From contig CAYTYC010000011.1 in the NCBI GenBank assembly GCA_964442255.1, positions 1-42,600 on the forward strand: a stretch of 42,600 nucleotides of DNA, read 5' to 3'. The notes beneath the pieces are model-generated. The model had not been told where the DNA came from. It worked only from the letters and a program-made list of their open reading frames with translations, and made no database searches. The position numbers were made by a program, and so were the translations under genes. How positions within the stretch are numbered: position 1 is the first letter of the stretch; every line of letters starts with the position of its first letter. Source of the stretch: an uncultured archaeon (lineage in GTDB: Archaea > Iainarchaeota > Iainarchaeia > Iainarchaeales > 1-14-0-10-31-34). Positions 8,174-18,300 of this stretch are shown in pieces.

Positions 8174-9301
8174 TCATTCCACAACCACTGAAACAGCTTC
8201 ACTGTACCCGGATTCGTTCCCGAATGCGTCCACTGCTTTCAGGGTAAAGTAGTGTTTTCCTTTTTCCAGCCCTTTAACCATGGTTTCCGTTTTTCCCTCA
8301 ACTTCCGCGTAAAGCGCGTAAGGGATGTGTGTTGGCAGAACTTGAGTGCTCTTGTATACTGCGTATTTCCATAAGTCGTTTTCCGGGTTTTTTAACCAGC
8401 TTAATTTAACTGCCCCGTTAATTGCGCGTGCATTCACCCCGATCGGGGCGGCCGGGGCAATGGAATCTGAATCCACCCGGATAAAGTTTTCCTCACGCAC
8501 GTCATCCATTATTTTCCCGTTTTTTGTTAGTGCTGCGCTCAAGCTGTAAGCGCATTTTTCCTTTAGCCCCTCTTCCACTTCAATTCCTGTTTCAGTCTGT
8601 TCAAGCGGCAAAATTTTTTCTGGAAAGGCAAATTCTTTTTCGTAGACTTTTTTTTCCTCTCCGCACCCGAATTCCAGCTTTAAACCGAATTTTTCCCCCG
8701 CAAAAATTGTTTCAATGCCTGTGTTGGCAACCGAGAGGTTGACCGTGAATTTTTTTCCTTTTCCAACCAGTTCCCTGTCGGGGAAAATCCTTTCAATCCT
8801 GATTTCGCTTAACTCTTCACTGCATTCCCCTCCCCCCAGACACGCCCCAGCCATGCACCCGCATTCCCCGCACCTTTCAACTAGTTCCCCGTTTTCGCAG
8901 TAATTGGGTTTTATTGCGCTGCACTCCCCTTCCGGCGTTCCGTCCGTGCATTTTTTTCGCTTATCCACAACGTAAACCACTTTTGATTTTTCCAGTTTTT
9001 TCCCCCCTTCCAGCAAAACATTTAATTCAACCTTGTATGCCCCGGGCGAAGGGAACCTCAGCTTAACGCTTTTCCCGCAGTCCTCCGCATTTCCGCATTC
9101 AATAACCTTGCCGTGCACCGGCGAAAGGACTTTGACTTCTTTCACTTTTTCAGTTCCCCGGATGGCAAAGCTTACAGTCACTTCTTCCCCTGCCCCCGCT
9201 TCTTCCGGCAAAACGTTGAAGGATTTTATTGTACTCAATTCTTCTTCCGCACACCCCATCAGCGCAATGCAGGCCACTGCCGCCAAAAACATTGATTTCA
9301 T
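8174..9301 (-). CDS. Lipoprotein with Ig-like, Cys-rich and C-terminal FN3 domains
   Basis: Lipobox ALMGC, Cys-rich segment CTDGTPEGECS..KPNYCENG, and FN3 signature PAAP..VKLSW..YFTLKAVDAFGNESGYS. Confidence 0.8.
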   Translation of the reverse strand: MKSMFLAAVACIALMGCAEEELSTIKSFNVLPEEAGAGEEVTVSFAIRGTEKVKEVKVLSPVHGKVIECGNAEDCGKSVKLRFPSPGAYKVELNVLLEGGKKLEKSKVVYVVDKRKKCTDGTPEGECSAIKPNYCENGELVERCGECGCMAGACLGGGECSEELSEIRIERIFPDRELVGKGKKFTVNLSVANTGIETIFAGEKFGLKLEFGCGEEKKVYEKEFAFPEKILPLEQTETGIEVEEGLKEKCAYSLSAALTKNGKIMDDVREENFIRVDSDSIAPAAPIGVNARAINGAVKLSWLKNPENDLWKYAVYKSTQVLPTHIPYALYAEVEGKTETMVKGLEKGKHYFTLKAVDAFGNESGYSEAVSVVVE

Positions 9302-10297
9302 TCAGCCACCCGGGAAATTTCTTGCGCTTACATTGAAGTCTTCCATCTTAACTGAAACATTTACGTCCGCGATGTAAAATTTTTTTATTTTTGAAGTGAA
9401 AACCGTTTTGCTTCTCACTTCAATTTTGTCTGTTCCCGCAAACCGCACATCCACGTTTTCCCCGGCATATACGGTAATGTCTTCTTCGGAAGTACACGGT
9501 GAAGTTCCGCCCTGCACGCACGAAATTTTGATGCTGTTGGCTGCCCCTGAATCAAAGTGCCCTTTAATTACCTTTTCTCCTGCAGGAATCGCGCACCTTA
9601 AACAGTTTTCATCCAGAATGTTTACTTCCAGGTACGGCCTTGAATCCAGTGCATTGAAATCCCCTGAAGGGCAGGCGGGGGAGCCCCCAAAACTGCAGCT
9701 CACTGAATTGAAGTCTGCTATCGCCTGCGGTATGGCCACATTCACGTCAAATTCTTTCACCGTATTTACGTCAAACACTCCTTCGCATTCCCCTGAATTC
9801 CAGCCCTCCGCCAAAAACCTGTTTACGTCCCCGTATTTAACCGAAAAGCATTGCGGCCCTAACGCAAAGAAAATGTTTTCATCCAGGCCATGCCAGCCCG
9901 CGTTCTTTGGGGCATTTAAATCCACCGTAATTCCTTCAAAGGTTTTTTCATGGTTTGAATCTGTGATAAAAATCCGGTAAGCGTTAAGGAAATCAAATGC
10001 CGCATCCATTTTTGCCTGCCTTAACGGAAGCTCCTGGATTATTGTAATAGAGTTCCCGTCCAGCAGGTATTCAAACGGCAGGCTTCTTTCAAGCACGGTT
10101 CTTGCGCTTCCTTCTTTATCCAGGTCCACGGCATCCTGTAAAATATTCTTGAATTTTCCTTCCGCCCTAACCAGCGCTTCTGTTTCACTGAAGCCTGCAC
10201 TTTTTTTCACCTTCCCTGCTTCCATTACCGCGGTCAGTGAAATGAACGCTAAAACCATTATGATTACAATCGCATTCATTATCACTCCCTTATTCAT
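9302..10297 (-). CDS. Pilin-like or secreted pilus-associated protein
   Basis: Start MNKG|VIMNAIVIIMVLAFISL is class III-like. The ATG overlaps the upstream stop as ATGA at 10294-10297. Confidence 0.7.
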   Translation of the reverse strand: MNKGVIMNAIVIIMVLAFISLTAVMEAGKVKKSAGFSETEALVRAEGKFKNILQDAVDLDKEGSARTVLERSLPFEYLLDGNSITIIQELPLRQAKMDAAFDFLNAYRIFITDSNHEKTFEGITVDLNAPKNAGWHGLDENIFFALGPQCFSVKYGDVNRFLAEGWNSGECEGVFDVNTVKEFDVNVAIPQAIADFNSVSCSFGGSPACPSGDFNALDSRPYLEVNILDENCLRCAIPAGEKVIKGHFDSGAANSIKISCVQGGTSPCTSEEDITVYAGENVDVRFAGTDKIEVRSKTVFTSKIKKFYIADVNVSVKMEDFNVSARNFPGG

Positions 10298-12540
10298 TTC
10301 CACCACATCCGGTAATCCAGTGAATAAAACCTTATCCCCGGGCTTCCGTAACAGTTTATCAGCGCTTTGTTGTTTCCCGGGCATTCCGGTATGCTGCTGT
10401 CATAGTTTATCACCGCATACAGCTCTCCTTCAACCCCGACGTCCTCTTCAAAAACGTAAAAGGAAACCACGCAGGAAGGGTTTTTTATTCCGCACAATTC
10501 TGAAACGTTTCTGCTTCCCAAAAGCGTTCCCCCTGCATCCGGGTCTCCGAGGTAAAAATCGACTTCTGTTGCATTTGAGTCCAGATGCCCGATGTTTGCC
10601 GCATTCACATCCAAATAAATTTTTCCTTCGCTTATTATTTCCCCGCCCAAAAAAATCACTGTCAGGTCCCTGTACTTGTAGTCTATTATCGCCTGCTCTG
10701 TCCATTCAATTGTGTGCGTTCCGGTTGTGTCCGTGTAAGTGAAGGTTGTCCCTTCCCCGGGAAAGCCTATTGCGTCCATGTCGCAGTTGTTTGAGTTGTC
10801 GCACGGGAACATTATTGTGTAGGTTACACTCCACGGCTCTCCCGGGCCGATGCTTCCCGCATCAAACACCAAATTCCCGTCCACCACCGCTCCATCCGCG
10901 TCGTCCAGAATAACTTCCCCCGGAAGGATTGGAACGCTTACGTTTGAGTCGTTTGCTGTCTGCTCTATTTCCTGCGCAATTAGGGTGAAAACCTCTTCCA
11001 GTGCACCCGGGTCTTCCGCTGCATAGTATTCCCCTCCGGTTATGTCCGCGATGTTTTGCAGTTCCCCTTCGTCCGCATCAGTCCCAAACCCCACGGTGTA
11101 AATGATTATTCCTTCGTTTGCCGCGTTCTGCGCTGCTGTGGATGAGTTTATTCCCGTGTTTGTCTGCCCGTCTGATAGCAGCACCTGAAACTTTAATGCA
11201 TCCGGGTTTGCCCTGGCTGAAGTCAGTTCATCCGTGGCTTCCTGTATTCCTTCTCCGGTGGCAGTTGAGCCGCCTGCACTCAACTGGCTTATTTCATTTT
11301 TAACTGCATTCCTGTTTGTTGTAAGCTGTTCATCTAATGTGGCGGAGCTTGAATATGACACCAGGCCAAGCTGGTCTTCTTCAGCCCACCCGTTGAAGTC
11401 CACAAAACCTGTTCCCGCGTCCTTTGCTGCATTCATTTTTGTCGGCGGCTCTTTCACGTAAACATTTACATCAATTGCAGGATAATCATTCCAGCCGTAA
11501 ACCTTCCATGTGCCTGCTTCAGAGCTTCCTGCCGGCACCTTAATGTAATTGTAGGTTGTTTGGCTTGTGTATTCCCCGCCCGGGGGGGTTCCCCTGCCAT
11601 ACCCGTATTCATTTCCCGCCGGGCTTTCAATGTACAGCTCCGGGCATCCTCCTCCGCAGTCATCATCCCACTGCATTTTAACGTCAAATGCTGTCGCTGC
11701 ACTCATGTCGAATGTCATAATCTGTTCCCAGTTTGTTTTTTCATAATCCGGCCATCCTGTGTCAGTGCCCCCGTCCAAGGAAAACCCTTCAACTTCCGTG
11801 ATTCCCTGCGCGAATTCGTTCATGCTTCCGCTTCTGTCCATCACAAGCATTACGTCAACAGGCTTTCTCACGTCTTCATCCACGCTTGCGATGAGGGTAA
11901 TGTAAACATTTTGGTCGCAGTGGATTTCATCCGGGGGCATGACTTCCACCTGGAATGAGATGTTCACGTCCCCCTGTAAAAGGATTTTTTCAGGCCCCTT
12001 AAAGTAAAGCATCCCGTTTTCTTCTGCCCACGGGTTTTCGCCTTTTAATTCTATTTCCCCCACTTCACATTCTGAATTCGGCTGCTTTCTTGCAAAGAAA
12101 AACCTTCTGTGCACTATTTCCCGGCCTTCCGGAATCTCTTCCCCTGTCGTCAGCCCGGAAATGTTTGCATCCGGAAAGCAGTCCTCAAAAACCGGGTTTA
12201 CCCGGCAGTCTTCCAGAAAGGCCGTGTATTCCTTCAGGCTCAAATTGAAGTCCACGTTTGCGGGGAGTGCAGATTCAACCCTTTCCAGTAAATTGGCCAT
12301 CGTGGTTGAGCTGAAGCCGTTTGCATCCAGTTCGCTTAAGAGGAACCCCTCTTTTTTCATTATGTAGAAGCTGTCGTCCGCTATTCTCGCCAACTGCATT
12401 TTTGGGTAGGGGTCGGAAGATTCCCCGTACAAAAGCGAGTGCACTGAAAAAAACATTGCAATAACTATGAGCGCCGCAAGCACGGCATCCAAACTGAACG
12501 CAAAGCCTTTACTCGATTTTGTATAGCAGTAGTTCCACAT
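10294..12540 (-). CDS. vWA-domain minor pilin / adhesin (start codon uncertain)
   Basis: KG|FAFSLDAVLAA class III-like signal, MIDAS motif DRSGS, STATGEGI, LLSDGQ and IYTVGFG. An insert lies within the vWA domain and a CARDB-like domain follows it. Confidence 0.88.
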   Translation of the reverse strand: MWNYCYTKSSKGFAFSLDAVLAALIVIAMFFSVHSLLYGESSDPYPKMQLARIADDSFYIMKKEGFLLSELDANGFSSTTMANLLERVESALPANVDFNLSLKEYTAFLEDCRVNPVFEDCFPDANISGLTTGEEIPEGREIVHRRFFFARKQPNSECEVGEIELKGENPWAEENGMLYFKGPEKILLQGDVNISFQVEVMPPDEIHCDQNVYITLIASVDEDVRKPVDVMLVMDRSGSMNEFAQGITEVEGFSLDGGTDTGWPDYEKTNWEQIMTFDMSAATAFDVKMQWDDDCGGGCPELYIESPAGNEYGYGRGTPPGGEYTSQTTYNYIKVPAGSSEAGTWKVYGWNDYPAIDVNVYVKEPPTKMNAAKDAGTGFVDFNGWAEEDQLGLVSYSSSATLDEQLTTNRNAVKNEISQLSAGGSTATGEGIQEATDELTSARANPDALKFQVLLSDGQTNTGINSSTAAQNAANEGIIIYTVGFGTDADEGELQNIADITGGEYYAAEDPGALEEVFTLIAQEIEQTANDSNVSVPILPGEVILDDADGAVVDGNLVFDAGSIGPGEPWSVTYTIMFPCDNSNNCDMDAIGFPGEGTTFTYTDTTGTHTIEWTEQAIIDYKYRDLTVIFLGGEIISEGKIYLDVNAANIGHLDSNATEVDFYLGDPDAGGTLLGSRNVSELCGIKNPSCVVSFYVFEEDVGVEGELYAVINYDSSIPECPGNNKALINCYGSPGIRFYSLDYRMWWK

Positions 12541-13003
12541 TTGCCTCGCTTCCTTTATACTGTGCAACCCTCCGCACCTTAAATGTCACTGCCTCTCCCA
12601 CAGGCATTAATCCCACATTCACGTCCTCTTTCCCGTCCACCTTAAAAAAGAATTCAAATGCCCCTGTCCTCAAGAGCTCTTTTGCATTGCCGTAGTCCGC
12701 GCCCAAAGCCTCAAATGCCGCAAGCTTGTTTTCATCTATAACCAAATATTCTTCAGCCAGACCAACCTTGTTTACGTCCCCTGGCGCAAGCGCTTCCCAG
12801 TTTGTTGGTGAGCCGGGGCTTGATAAAAGGTATTCCATTAAACTGAAGCCGGTGAATTCCATTGAATCAAAGTATTTTTGCCTGTTCATGTCTTTCAGCT
12901 GCTTGTTCCATGCGGAGGTTATTGCACTGAAAATAACCAGAAAAATCATTAGCGCGGCAATCAGATCCACAAAGGTTACCTGCCCCTTAAATGTTTTCAA
13001 CAC
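12509..13003 (-). CDS. Minor pilin-like protein with class III signal
   Basis: FKG|QVTFVDLIAALMIFL signal and a SPGSPTNWE motif. Overlaps both neighbours. Confidence 0.8.
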   Translation of the reverse strand: MLKTFKGQVTFVDLIAALMIFLVIFSAITSAWNKQLKDMNRQKYFDSMEFTGFSLMEYLLSSPGSPTNWEALAPGDVNKVGLAEEYLVIDENKLAAFEALGADYGNAKELLRTGAFEFFFKVDGKEDVNVGLMPVGEAVTFKVRRVAQYKGSEANVELLLYKIE

Positions 13004-13349
13004 TCACTTCACCTGACTCTTTCTTTATTGCCACGTAGCCTTTCTGAAGCTGCGTTTCGTTAACGTCTGCCCGCAAATCGCAGTAAAAATCCCCGATCGT
13101 CACTTCTCCCCTGCCTGCATTGAAATCATATTCAACCAGTAGAGTTATTTCCGCGTTTTCCTCTGCTTTTTCAATCAAGTTAATTATTGAGGCAATCCTT
13201 TCGCATTCTGTTTCCTTTGAAAGCTCTTCTTTTATTAGCTCGGTGTGAACATTTTTGTTCCCGAACTCCAGGTACACGAGAATAAACACAAACAGCAGGA
13301 AAATCACCGCCACAACCAGTTCCACAGTTGCCTGCCCTTTTGACTCCAC
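12987..13349 (-). CDS. Minor pilin-like protein with class III signal
   Basis: MESKG|QATVELVVAVIFLL. Confidence 0.82.
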   Translation of the reverse strand: MESKGQATVELVVAVIFLLFVFILVYLEFGNKNVHTELIKEELSKETECERIASIINLIEKAEENAEITLLVEYDFNAGRGEVTIGDFYCDLRADVNETQLQKGYVAIKKESGEVSVENI

Positions 13350-13362
13350 AAAAACCCTTCAT

Positions 13363-13767
13363 TCAGCTTAATTCAGTGAACACGACGTTTGAGTCCACTG
13401 TTTCAACCCTGATTTTTTTTCTTCCCTGTCCAGGGTCAATCGTTCCCGGCGTAAGGTTTCCCCTGCTCCACGCGGGAACATCTGTTGTCCCCGCCAGGGT
13501 AACCATCCTCAAATTAACGTGCCTGCCGTAATATTCAATTGACTGCACTCCCTGCGGAACATCTATTTCCACGTAAACCACGTTTCCCGGCCCCAACGCG
13601 TACACCTGGTCTGCACTTTGAGCCAGCAATTCAACTGCGGTGTCTGCCTTGCTTCTTTTCATGCTTTCATTGAAGTTAATGAATGCATAAGCAAACATTA
13701 TTCCCACAATAACCAGCAGGAACCCGTAGGTCGTGACATACTCCAGCGCTATCTGCCCTTTTCCCAT
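13363..13767 (-). CDS. Minor pilin-like protein with class III signal
   Basis: MGKG|QIALEYVTTYGFLLVIV signal and an ADQVYALGPG motif. Confidence 0.85.
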   Translation of the reverse strand: MGKGQIALEYVTTYGFLLVIVGIMFAYAFINFNESMKRSKADTAVELLAQSADQVYALGPGNVVYVEIDVPQGVQSIEYYGRHVNLRMVTLAGTTDVPAWSRGNLTPGTIDPGQGRKKIRVETVDSNVVFTELS

Positions 13768-13784
13768 CGCTTAATAATACGGTG

Positions 13785-15311
13785 TTACACAATAAAAACA
13801 TACCCCACAAGCGCGGCATACGCCAAATACAGCCCGATCACCGCATTCTCATTGAATTTCTTTAAAACCAGAAAAAAGCCCGCGAACCCGAATAAAATGC
13901 CCGGAATAAGCAGGATTTCTTTTCCAAGCATGAAAGATGAAAGCAGATATGAAGCCAGAATCAGCACGGCAATTATTTTTCTTCCCTTTTCTTTCCCAAA
14001 AAGCACAGGGATTGTTTTCACTCCCCCTGCTTTATCCCCTTCAAAGTCCTTCAAATCCTTTACATTAAATGAAATAACCACATAAATTAGGATAAATAAA
14101 GGAAAATTAACCGGCACTTCCAAAAAACTTTCCCCTCCCTGCACAAAGTAACCCGAAAAAAACGCGTTAACCGAAATCAGTGCAAGCAATAAATTTCCGC
14201 TTAAAAAAAACTTCCTCAGCCTTAAAGGCGGAAGCGAGTAAGCAGCCGCAACCCCAAAACTCGCAAGGAAAAGGATTGCCGGAACAATTCCGGCAATGAC
14301 AGTCCCATATAATGCAATCAAAAACCAGACAACAATTAATGCTTTGTATTCTTCCCCATTTAAACCATTGGCTAAAACCCTTCCCGTATTTGAAATCCTG
14401 TCAATCTTTTTATCGGCAAAATCATTTATTCCCCGTGCTGCCTGAAAACCAAAAAACCCCGCAACGCAAAGCACGGCCAGTTCTGTTCCCCTCACCTCCC
14501 CCGCATGCAGGGAAAGCCCAACAATTGCCCCAAACAAAACCATCAAAAGGTAGTGCAGGGCTTTCAGGGGAAGAAGGCTTTTAAGGACTAACCGGAATTT
14601 TTCTTTTTCGCAAATCCAGAAAAGGGCGGCAAGCTCTGCAATTATCAGAAAGAAAAAAAGCACCGTGAGCGCGTCACCAACCCAAAAAAAAGTTTCAGGA
14701 TAGTGCCTTATATTCAAGCCCGGATTCAAAAACAAAGCCATTACAAGGACAGAGGGCATTGCCGAAAAAACAAAGGTTATGGCATAAATCAAAAAGCCGC
14801 CCAAAACCCCTTTCCAGTACTTCCCTGTTTTATTCGCCACATAAAGAAAACCCAGCAGCATTCCAGTCGCGATTTCCAGTCTTTGCCCGGGAGTTACGCC
14901 AAAGCCCCTGAATTCCCCAAAAAAGGAGAAAAAATATTTCATTAATGCTTCAAGGTTTCCATACACATAGGTTAAACCATACCCCTGTCCCCCGGAAATC
15001 ATGAAATCAAGTACCGGCGCGACCAGCACAATGAGCCAAACCGCCACAAGCACTTTTCCGATTTTCTGGATTCTTTCCTTGGCGAGAAATATTAAAACCA
15101 GTGCATAAGCCAGAACAAGGCTTATTCCCGCCAGGGGATAGTGCACAAAAAACCATTCAAACCGAATTAATTCGTGCGGCTGCTCAAGAAAGCTTTCCAA
15201 AATGTTTCTTGCAAAAGTTATCCCAAAAAAAGCCCCGACCCACAAAACAAACGGCGCCCTGATTCCTTCAATTCTCCTGACTGTTTTCCCGAAAAAACCG
15301 AATTCCTTCAT
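13785..15311 (-). CDS. UbiA-family prenyltransferase with an extra N-terminal membrane domain
   Basis: Asp-rich motifs NDFADKKIDRIS and KDLKDFEGDK..GVKTIPV, plus AYSLPPLRLR. The N-terminal half is polytopic. Confidence 0.85.
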   Translation of the reverse strand: MKEFGFFGKTVRRIEGIRAPFVLWVGAFFGITFARNILESFLEQPHELIRFEWFFVHYPLAGISLVLAYALVLIFLAKERIQKIGKVLVAVWLIVLVAPVLDFMISGGQGYGLTYVYGNLEALMKYFFSFFGEFRGFGVTPGQRLEIATGMLLGFLYVANKTGKYWKGVLGGFLIYAITFVFSAMPSVLVMALFLNPGLNIRHYPETFFWVGDALTVLFFFLIIAELAALFWICEKEKFRLVLKSLLPLKALHYLLMVLFGAIVGLSLHAGEVRGTELAVLCVAGFFGFQAARGINDFADKKIDRISNTGRVLANGLNGEEYKALIVVWFLIALYGTVIAGIVPAILFLASFGVAAAYSLPPLRLRKFFLSGNLLLALISVNAFFSGYFVQGGESFLEVPVNFPLFILIYVVISFNVKDLKDFEGDKAGGVKTIPVLFGKEKGRKIIAVLILASYLLSSFMLGKEILLIPGILFGFAGFFLVLKKFNENAVIGLYLAYAALVGYVFIV

Positions 15312-15396
15312 TCTCTCACATGAAAGAAGATTAAATTAATATATAAAACCGCACAAAAGTATTAATACCTGAAAGAGGCTTTTGATAGTGGTAAAA

Positions 15397-18300
15397 ATGG
15401 CTTCCTCCGAACTTTACACAATTCCCCTCCTCCTGTTCGCCGTGGCTGTGGCCGCAGCCGCGGTCTACACTCCCGCCTTTCCCAACGCCCCCACCGGGCA
15501 GGCGGGGGAAATCCTGTTCTCCGCAGGAAATTTGGCGGAGAATGCTTCCCTTGAAACAGACACCGGGGCGGACTACTTTCCTTCATGGAGTGAAGACGAC
15601 TCAACCCCGTCCAACAGCATTCCCGACGGATGGGTTTTCCAGCAGTTAAGCGCGGAAGGCTTAACAGACTATGAGCTGGATTCAACGGAAGCATTTGCTG
15701 ACTCAAAATCCTTTAAAATGTCTTTCACTGAACCAACGTCCTCCCAACTCTCCCAGGATGTGCAAATAGATGCCGGCACCTACAAGGTTGTCGGAATGGT
15801 TAAAACAAACCTGACTGAAGGCTTTGCAACAATTGCAACAGAATGCCATTACGGCGACAACCATGCGGTTGTTCCGGGTGAATGCGATTTTTCCATTGCC
15901 CCCGAGGATTCCCCGCAAAAGCTTTCCGGACAGGCAGACTGGCAAAAAGTCGTTTTAAAGGCAGGCTTTGCCCCTGAAGGCTCTGCGGACAAATTCATCA
16001 GAGTGAAGTGTGCCGCGGTTGACGCCGTGGGTGAAATATGGTGCGACGGCTTTAAGGTTGAGCAGTTTTCCACCACAACAACCTACCCTGCTCCCGCAAT
16101 TCCCTCCGGATTTAAAGCCGAAAGCGTTTCCGCCACTGCCGCAAAACTAACGTGGAACCCGAATTCAGAGGAAGATTTTTGGCACTATAATCTTACAATA
16201 AATGAGGACAACTTCAAGATTTACTCCGGAACCGAATACGTAACGGAAAACCTTGAAATCGGGAAAAGTTATGTGGCTTACCTCCGTGCGGTAAACGAGT
16301 ACGGCGGGGAGTCCGCCGCGGCAAACACCTCTTTCACGTCCTCCAAAAACCTTGGGCTTTACGTTGGCGACTCTGATGGGGGGATTTCCGCTTCCTCTTC
16401 GCAGGAAGAATTTCCCCCTAAAGGTGCGTTTGATGGAGTGCATTCAACGGAAACGGCGGAAAACTCATGGGTTGCGTCCGGGGAAACGGTTGGCGCATGG
16501 GTGCAGAGGGATTTTCCCCGTTTCTTTGAAGTTGACAAGATTTACATTCACCCCCGAAACAATTTCCACATAACAGACTGTGAGAGGCCTAAAAGCGTGA
16601 AGCTTTATTTTTTGGACGGAACGGAAACAATTTCTTTAACCAAGAACCTTGAATTCCAGGAATTCGTTTACGGAAGGGAACTCTCCAAGCTCCACAACAC
16701 TGACTTCATTAAATTCGAGGTTCTTTCAACCCAAACGACTTCCTGCCTTCCCCCCACTTCCTCGGAGGGAGCGGGCTTTTCTGAAATAAGGGTTTTCGGC
16801 TTCCCGGGAACAAACCTTGATTTGGCTCCTCCCACAAACATTAAATCCAGCGCAAACGACGGCCTGGTGAAAGTAACCTGGGCCGCTGCAGCAAACGCGG
16901 AATGGTATGAAATAAGCTACGGGCGCTCAGAACAGTACATGAGCGGCTGGCTGAACACAGGCTCTGACACAGGGTATTCCTTTAACTACGCATACGAGGT
17001 TTTGGTTAAGCTGCGTTCCTGCAACTCCCTTGGCTGCTCCGGGGAATCCGCCCTGAAAACCATTCCCCCAAAAAATTATGACTCCGAGAAAACGGTTTGC
17101 GACTCCCTTTTGGGGAACTCCTGTGCAGGGGAAACATGCTTCAGCGAGCACATTGGAACCTATTACACTCCCTCCGATTACTCAATTCCTTTCGGGGACT
17201 ATGAAAGCGACAAAACCCTTTACAGCCCTTTCTGTTGCGGGGACGATTCCAACGAATTTTTTACGGACGAATTTGAAACAGGCTGCTGCTCTTCTCCCTC
17301 CCGGGTTTTTTTTGAGGCCGACCGCTATTCCTCGGGCAGCACTTACCCGCAAAAAGTTTTTTCCTGTGTTTCAGTTTTTCCCCAAAATTTTTCAGCTGAA
17401 GCAACCGAAAACAGCAAGGTTTTTCTTTCCTGGGATTCTTTGGAGCCCGCCCCCAGCCATTACCGCCTTTCCCGGGTTTCCCCTGAACCCAGCCCCTCAA
17501 ACCCGTACACTGCCCCCCAAAAATGGAGTTTAACTGAAAACTCTTTCACCGATTCTTTGGTTAGTGCGGGGGAAACCTATGTTTACTCCGTGGCTTCCGT
17601 GGACAAAATTTATTCAAGCTATTTTGTGGGGCCGGAGTCAGAGGAAATCAAACTCACTCTTGGCGCTTCCCTTTCCTGTGGCGACGGAACAGTGCAAATG
17701 GATTTGGGGGAACAATGCGAGCCGCCTGACGGGGAACCAAATGAAAGCCGTTGCCCCGGCGAATTCGAATCCAAATACAAGTGCGACACCCAAAACAACC
17801 GCATTGGGCTTCCACTTGAAGCGGGCGTATGCAATGAAAACTGTGTCTGCTCTTACCCTGAAAGGGTTTGGGACACTAACACTTCGCAGGGCTCTTTGTA
17901 CTGCACCAAATGCTTTAACACCTGCGGCGACAGCCAATGCAATTGCGGGGAAACAATGGATTCCTGTGTTACAGACTGCGGAATAATGAGCTTTGATGAA
18001 CGCTTAACGGGTTTGGAGGCCTTTCCCGGGGACGGCGAAGTTAGCCTGGAATGGAACCCTGTTTCTGTCCCAGATTTTTCTTACGGCGGAAAGCAGTACA
18101 GTTTTGACCGCTATGAGGTCTTTTACATTGACTCTGACAATTACGGAATCTCCATGCTGTTTAAGGAGCCGGATGAACCGGTTGACGCAAAGCACATTGA
18201 GTCCCTTAAAACTTACGGCGTGCTGGTTGAATCCCCTGACCCAAGGAAAACTGTTTCCGGCTGCCCTTCCAGTTTTTTGGATTGTGAACCGGAATGGGGT

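Noticed and set aside
7362..8252. Long Phe-rich plus-strand ORFs
   Set aside because: They are antisense shadows of the Lys-rich gene.
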